The notes under the pieces were generated by a model that saw only the letters and a list, made by a program, of their open reading frames with translations, was not told the origin of the DNA and did not search any database. 64,000 nucleotides of DNA, taken from assembly GCA_002633005.1 (NCBI GenBank), contig NMRA01000406.1, positions 190,862 through 254,861 on the forward strand. Reading direction: 5' to 3'. Below, one piece after another: positions 57,301 through 64,000 of this stretch. Numbering within the stretch: position 1 is the first letter of the stretch; every line of letters starts with the position of its first letter. This DNA is from Phoronis australis (taxonomy: Eukaryota; Animalia; Phoronida). Made by a program: the position numbers and the translations under genes.

Positions 57301-60045
57301 ATCTTTCTGAAGAAGATTCTGAAATACCAGTAGAGTTTATTCAAAGGGTTTTAGAAATTGGGAGTGATATGTCAGTTGAAATTTGAGCACAAAATACATC
57401 ACGGGAAAAGCAAGAAAATATTTAAAATAACAAAATGAGTTGATGATAAATCAGCTGCCATTTTTTTCAAATGAAAAATAAAATGAAGTTTAGATAATAT
57501 GAGTTAATCATGACATCCAAATGCTAGTAATAATGGTCAGTTTAACTGCTTTATTATGCAACATTTGGCTGGTGAAGATTAACAGACTCAGAGCTGCCAT
57601 CTTGCCCATAACCCTTCAGACAGCAGATAAGTACCACCTGGACAGCACCTGGTAAAGTTGGTGAACAGAGCTGATGCATACTGACCAGCTCAAATAACTG
57701 ATGACCAATGAACAACACAGTGATTAATATTCCCATCTTCAGGTACCCATTCAAAAAACCTGCCATACCAAGAGGTCATGTCCAGAAAATTCATCAATGG
57801 TCACAAAATGATAGAGTGGCTCCTTCAACCAAAGTCTGCTAACAGGAAAAATTAAGATGAAATAAACCTCATCAAAGAGAGAAACTACTCGAAACATGAA
57901 CAGTCCTCTCAAAGGACTGGAATCGGAAACACTTGAAGCCAACTAGTTTCAAGAAATCCTTATAAACTGTGACAGTGAGTCCATCCTACCTTTCAGCTCG
58001 TCAACTCAACCCATGTGAGCCAACACTAGCACACTTTCACAGCGTACTAGTCCATAACTTTATAAAATACTCTGGGCTTTTAGTAGAGGTAATTCTTCAC
58101 CCAGTCAATATTTATCATTCAAACAGTCTCAATCGATACTGAACACAACAGTAATACCTGTAAAGACTGATGATCGCATTCAATCATGTTTGTTTAATGT
58201 TCTCAGATGATAAATGTTTCATTGATTGACTGTGATCATAGTGTCACAGATACTAAGCACTAGGGGGCAACACAAACCAGACATTCATCTGACAGCCATC
58301 TGCTAGATATGGTTATTTTCACAGTGAAATGTGGTGAAATTAATGTGCAAAATGAAATTTGAAAAAACTTCTCAAATTTCGGGCAAAAATAAATGCCATT
58401 TTTCCAGATCTTAAACAATTTTGTGAATGCTGAAGTTTTTTTAAAATATTATCTGATAGTGTAACATGTAACTGATTTCACACAAAAATAATAGTCAACA
58501 ATGCAATTTTTCATTTTTTCAGAGGCTTCTCGCATTGTTGTGAATGTCCAGAATTTTCCAAAACCTTGTTTGATAGTACATGTGGTACAAAACTTGAAAA
58601 TGGAACTCTGGTAAAGAACTTTAGCACGGTGAAGTATAAAACTGAAACAACTTATGCTCTATGAAAAATCAGAAAATAAAACTTCCCTTGTCTGCCATAT
58701 TGTGTAAGCATCGATGAGATTTTCCCATAGACACATCTTTTGTTACAGATGTGAGGACTTCTCCTATTGACTAATTCAGCGTTGCTCTTTTGTTGGTCTA
58801 TCCTACAAGTCATATTTTTCGTTTGATCAGCATGAAACTTACACAACATGTATCTCATGAACAGTTTGAGGTCTAGTGTTTTAAACCAAAATCAGACCCA
58901 ACATTTCAAAGCTGTCTTTTGACTCTGAGGGTATCTTCTGAAATTTACTAAGTATGTGGATAGATATTGCCAAATGCTATCTGGAATGCAATAGAAATAA
59001 CTTCCAGGTGTGTTCTCCTTAATAGCATATCAATGACGACCATGGGATAGAAATCTGCTAGTTAATCTACCAAAGTTTACATGGCCTGCATTTGCCATTT
59101 CTGCAATCTGAAATGTTTTTTATCTTGGCCTGTAATTGGTTTCATAACACAGACATCCAACTGGAATGGTAATGTGTTGATGTTCATGGCACCGATACTA
59201 CTTGTAAATCACCATCAACTGAATTCCATGATCACAAACTTTGAGAGTCTGCCAACAAAGTGAAAGAAGAAGTGACAACTTCAATCAGTAATTTACTAAA
59301 GGGAAGCACAGTGGACCCATGACCCCCCTATTTAAAAAGCCCTCTTTCCATTCGAAACACAGTTCAATTTCGCATTTGTCTTCTTATTCATTGCAAAGTG
59401 CCCCCAGGTTACCATTCTTCCACTCATTTCAACTAGCCTCCCCCCAATGTCCTTCCCAACAATTTTGTGTTTGTCCTCTCAATAACCTTGACTGGCATGT
59501 TGACAAGTTTGAGGACTTGCAGGTGTAAGACAAAATTCAGAGTTCATGGTCTAGTTTCAACGCTAATACTGACTATCACCTAAACTTGACATTAAATGCT
59601 CTATTTACGCTACATATGTTAACGTAATTTCTTCACGTTTTTCTTGATGGTGACAAATAATCTTAAAAAATTGCTAATTTCAAGACAGACTAACTTTTCA
59701 AACCTTACTTTTTTCCGTTATATCAATATTTTGTTCATTAATGCAGATCTATACGGAAGCAATATGGCTGCCAAAATAACCCAACAAACCTGACCATCTG
59801 TTTAAACCTTTCTTGATTTGCATGTCAGTATTAAGAAGGTTGCCATCAGCAGGCTGTGGCAGCCAGACAGTTTTCAGCTCAAGAAAACAGGCCATACAGA
59901 TGGTGAGCCAGCAACATAAAGCTCTCAGGGCAGAGCCTGGTGTTGAGTGAGACTGCAATACTCCTGTATTACTCACCAAAGTTATGTAGGACCTAATCGA
60001 CATTTAACTCAACAAAAGCATATAATTCTGAAAGTAGAAGTTCAT

Positions 60046-60385
60046 AGGCAGATATAGGGGGGGCCTGGTGGCCCGGCCCCCCACCCCCCCCTTGGTTGGT
60101 GCAAGGAAAATTAAACAGCAACAGCGTGAAGTGTGAGGTAATATCTGGTTAGCGAGTTCACCAACTAGGAAAGGCAGCGGATCAGCGGATGAGAGCGCGG
60201 CGGAATTGTGTTCCTATTTTTTGTTTTCCTTTTGTTTTTTTAGTCCTCCGATAGAATTTGGGAACACCAGGTCCTCATCGCCAGCCCCTGCAACTTTCAG
60301 GCCGCCTGTGCATACGATCGCGCTTTGCCCAATTCTCCGAGGCAACACGTTGGCCCCCCCTTATGGTACCATAGATCCGCCACTG
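60046..60385. mobile_element. hAT-like MITE
   Basis: Right end gatccgccactg, left end aggcagat; direct repeat aagttcat at 60038-60045 and 60386-60393 (8-bp TSD). Confidence 0.7.
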
Positions 60386-60689
60386 AAGTTCATATGATTT
60401 GTGACTTTATACCAATCTGCCTTAGTTCCCGTGACCATGCCTTTCTAATAAAATTTAGTTCATAGGAAAACAACAGGATCAATAACATAGGCAAATTCGT
60501 ATGATATAAATGTTCAAGATAATATCTGAAAAACATTCAACTTTTCTAAATCATATTGTCCACGTTCTATGCAACTTCCTTTTTTTCATACAAACCATAC
60601 AAGTCTTAATTTTTGATAGCCCCTCATGCAAAAGTGTAACGTTTTAAAACAATTATTCCTTCATAGTAGTGTCATAGAGAACAGTGTAT

Positions 60690-61310
60690 AATGCACCCGA
60701 AAGTTTCATTATAAATCCAACCTATGATTTCTGAGATATGATGTTTCGAATTGGGCCACAATTGTACATTTTTCTACTGAGGGTCTTACAAAACATTAAG
60801 GTTATGTAAGACATTATCAATGAGGAGATTGCATGTGCATTTAGCTAAATGTTTATAGAACTGTATAATTCAACTCAGTGGAGGTAGATATTTTCTTAAA
60901 ATAAAAGGACCCTAGAGTTTAAGTTTATAAAAATCTACCAGTAATTTGCTAAATGGTCACCATGCACTTTTAGTAAAACTTAGAAAATCAAAGAAAAGAA
61001 AGGTAGTAATAATCAAAAATAAGCAAAAATAAGAAAGATTTTTGTTTGAAATTTAATATCAATGGTATCTCCACATTTTTCTAAATGACCATTTCGTTTT
61101 TGCTTTATTCACCTTGTGATAAAAATCAAAGTATTATTTTTGATAGACTCTCAGATGTAAAAGTGGAACATTATAAACACAAGTCCTAACAGCATGACTT
61201 AGTGAACAAAGCACAGCATCTGAAAGTTTCATATGAATCCAAATTTCACTTTCTGAGATACAATGTTTCGAAGTTAGCCAAATTAATTCTGTACATTTTC
61301 TAGGGTCCTA
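60690..61310. repeat. Two related copies of a dispersed repeat segment
   Basis: gaaagtttcat...aatccaa...tttctgagata..atgtttcgaa at about 60699 and about 61222. Confidence 0.65.
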
Positions 61311-61404
61311 CATAACTCTAAAACACGAGACCATAAACTGATGTTGAGTGAGAATGCTTGTACATGGTAATACAGAATGTCAGTAGAAACTCCTTTAGAC
61401 ATTA

Positions 61405-62099
61405 CCGTAAATGAATGCCCCAGTGGGTTTTTGCTTTTGTCAGATTTTTAACATTTTTTTCTTTCACCAAACAGCCAGAATACGGGGGGGGGGAGGTAAT
61501 ACATGTATAAAACTGAAAGGGGGAATTGTTTTTTCCAAAATCAGGACGACAAATCATTAACTTAATCGGTAAGTGTTAAAAGAAATCGCCTGGGGTGCGT
61601 GTTTGGAGCACAAACACGTCGTGGTTCCAGGAATGGGAGAACATTCATTGGCTATGAATATCGATTTATGCGTTTGTCGCCAAAAATTACACCACTTCAT
61701 CACAAGGGGCATCCACATTTAATCTCTGAACAATGACTAATCTTGTAGTAGACTAGCGCCACTTCTATAAAAATCTACGGAGGAGGCCTATATTAATTTA
61801 ACAAGATACGTTTAAAAATGGTATTTTCAGCGCTTGATTTCTTAAACAAACGCCAGCTGAAAAACATACTTTTCGAGACAATTATTGTACACAGGTGTAA
61901 GCACGCCGTGTTTCTGCAAACACGGAAGCGTGGGTCCGAGGCGAAGCTGTGAACAAAAGCACAAGTTCAAGCTAAAGTTCTGTAATCTGTAAGTTGGAGA
62001 TGGGCGATTACCCAAGCAGTGGGCGCTTAAACTGGAAACTGACGAAAAGTCGGGGACGGGCGATAACCCAGGCATGGGCATTAACCCGTGAGTTTACGG
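61405..62099. mobile_element. Tc1/mariner (pogo/Tigger-like) MITE
   Basis: ta|ccgtaaa...aatgccc at the left and gggcatt...tttacgg|tg at the right; CpG-rich interior. Confidence 0.5.
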
Positions 62100-62245
62100 T
62101 GACTCTTGACATGGCGCAAGATGTCAAGCGGCCGTTTACATGTAATACACAACTCAGAAACGGTGGCAAGGTGGAAGTTGTAGGCATTAATGTGGAGTGC
62201 TCATGCGCATAGATGCAAATTGAGGGAGTCACTGTTAATTATAAT

Positions 62246-62300
62246 TATTGTTGATGTTGTTGTTGTTGCTCTTGTTGTTGTTGTTGTTATTGTTGTTATG
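62246..62300. repeat. Imperfect (TTG)n microsatellite
   Basis: Direct observation. Confidence 0.85.
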
Positions 62301-63445
62301 GTGCTTCCAATTCTCCGAAGTTTATGTAATTCGTGACATTAAGTTTTGTTTCAATGATTTTTTTTTTGATTAGCTGATTAATGCTTTCACCAGTAGGCCT
62401 ACTGTACATAACCAAGCATTGGAATTGAACCCAGTCTTGACTGTTAACAGTGTGTGATACCGTATTCTGACAATTTCCTAAAAAAGTAAATGGTGGTCAG
62501 GGTTAAAGTTAGAAGACATGGCAGCTGACTGGCAAATCGAAGAAATTCCACGAAAATGATCACCTGTATATACTAGGCTTGCGCTAGAGTTTTAAAGATT
62601 ATTAGCCACAGTGGCTAAAGCATCTGAAAACTTTTAGCCATTTTCAAAAATTATTAGCCAAATACTTTCTCTTTTCCCAACCCCCGCAATTTATAAAAAT
62701 ACCACTACATGGACCAAACTTTTAATTTTTCATGTTATGCACAGAAAAGACGTTTGCCTTAAGAAAAAGACAAAAAATGATCAACATTCCAAGGTCATAT
62801 AGCAACCAAATAAGTTGGAGGAGATGTCAGCCAACATGAGTTTTATTATGATCTAAAAAGTTTGGCCAGGGTTCCCCCTATCCCCAGGTTATGGCAGGGG
62901 TACAACGGGGACATGGACATTTCAATGATGTTGACCTAAAAAATTTGGACATATCGTTGATGTTGACCAAAAAAAATACATAACAAACTCGTTCTTCCCA
63001 GCAGCCTTCACGCCTTTCACTCCTTGAAAAGAAAACCTGTCAAGTTTCAAACAATATTTGGCACAACAAATTATGCGTTGAAAATTGGTAAAATTAGTAA
63101 TGAATTATGAGAGACTGATGTAATATCAAAATAATAAATTTGAACCTTGAGTTCATGTTGCAAGTTTGAGTCAGCTCAACTCAGTTCAGTTTTATCCCGT
63201 CAGACTTAGGCTCACACCACGTCGCAGGTGTAAAAAGTTATTGAGCCGAGACTGGGTCGCATTTACCACCGAAGTTGTTTTGCCATTGTCACATCCAGAT
63301 GCCATGGCAAAACTCCATTTTCCTTCAATAGGACTGTTTTATACACCTCACGGGTATTAGTTACCCAACATACAAGTCTACTATAACAACTTATCACACA
63401 CATCACATATTTTAGAGTCATGAGGCAACTCCTACACGAACATTA

Positions 63446-63699
63446 GGGGCCTGTTCCAAGAAACTGACTTAAGTTCATTTTTAACTTAAGTTTAAGATTT
63501 GTCTTAACTTCCAAACTTTGAAACTTCGACTTTCGGTAAGCTAGTCAAAATTACGACAAAATTTACGTCAAACACTCAAGTCAAACTTAAGATCTCTTCC
63601 TTGAATTGGTTTTGAGACGAATTTAACTTTTATTTTAAAATTTACTAAAAGATTACTACGATTTGTCTCAGCTAAGTCAGTTTTGTTGGAACGGGCTCC
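63446..63699. mobile_element. MITE with GGGGCC-type termini (Harbinger-like)
   Basis: TIRs ggggcctgttccaagaaactgactta and taagtcagttttgttggaacgggctcc. Confidence 0.78.
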
Positions 63700-64000
63700 A
63701 GGTCTATTGTCACCCCAATACTATAAGCAAGCCTAAGCCAGACCAGTCCTTTCATAGAAGTTAATTGCGTAATGTACGTGGCTCAGCCACACTGCTGAAG
63801 AAAACATATTCGCAATAATGTCTCTTGCAATGCATCGATTTTAAAAATTCCAAAATGGCTAGTCCTATTCTAAAAACTGTCATTTTGGTCATTTGCCTTA
63901 CTTATTCTTTGTTTGATATGCTAAACAGGCACGTTGGTTATGACCACAATTATCTCATCCAACACACGTCTAGACAAGTCCATGAATAGCCATTAGCTCA

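Noticed and set aside
55400-57960. Possible decayed LINE fragments
   Set aside because: No reverse transcriptase or endonuclease motif could be recovered.

Overview
AT-rich, CpG-depleted, intron-rich animal genomic DNA; a marine invertebrate deuterostome is my guess from gene style and repeat content. Nothing prokaryotic is present. (1) A minus-strand JAKMIP-family coiled-coil gene: 12 hand-spliced GT-AG exons from 52293 down to 893, all phase 0, about 504 aa, with both ends outside the window. (2) Its 35.4-kb intron (3635-39014) hosts a plus-strand receptor gene with an essentially single coding exon (about 1089 aa): signal peptide, about 21 LRRs, LRRCT, Ig domain, Thr-rich stalk, TM helix and Tyr-rich tail. 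(3) Transposon relics: a DD37D/maT element, a Penelope-like GIY-YIG fragment with a decayed hammerhead, a THAP remnant, a 3.4-kb TIR element and several MITEs. (4) Three tandem arrays each include a copy of a real splice site of the host gene. (5) A dense CACCTG/CAGGTG cluster lies upstream of the nested gene. All family calls are from memory of motifs; no database search was run.
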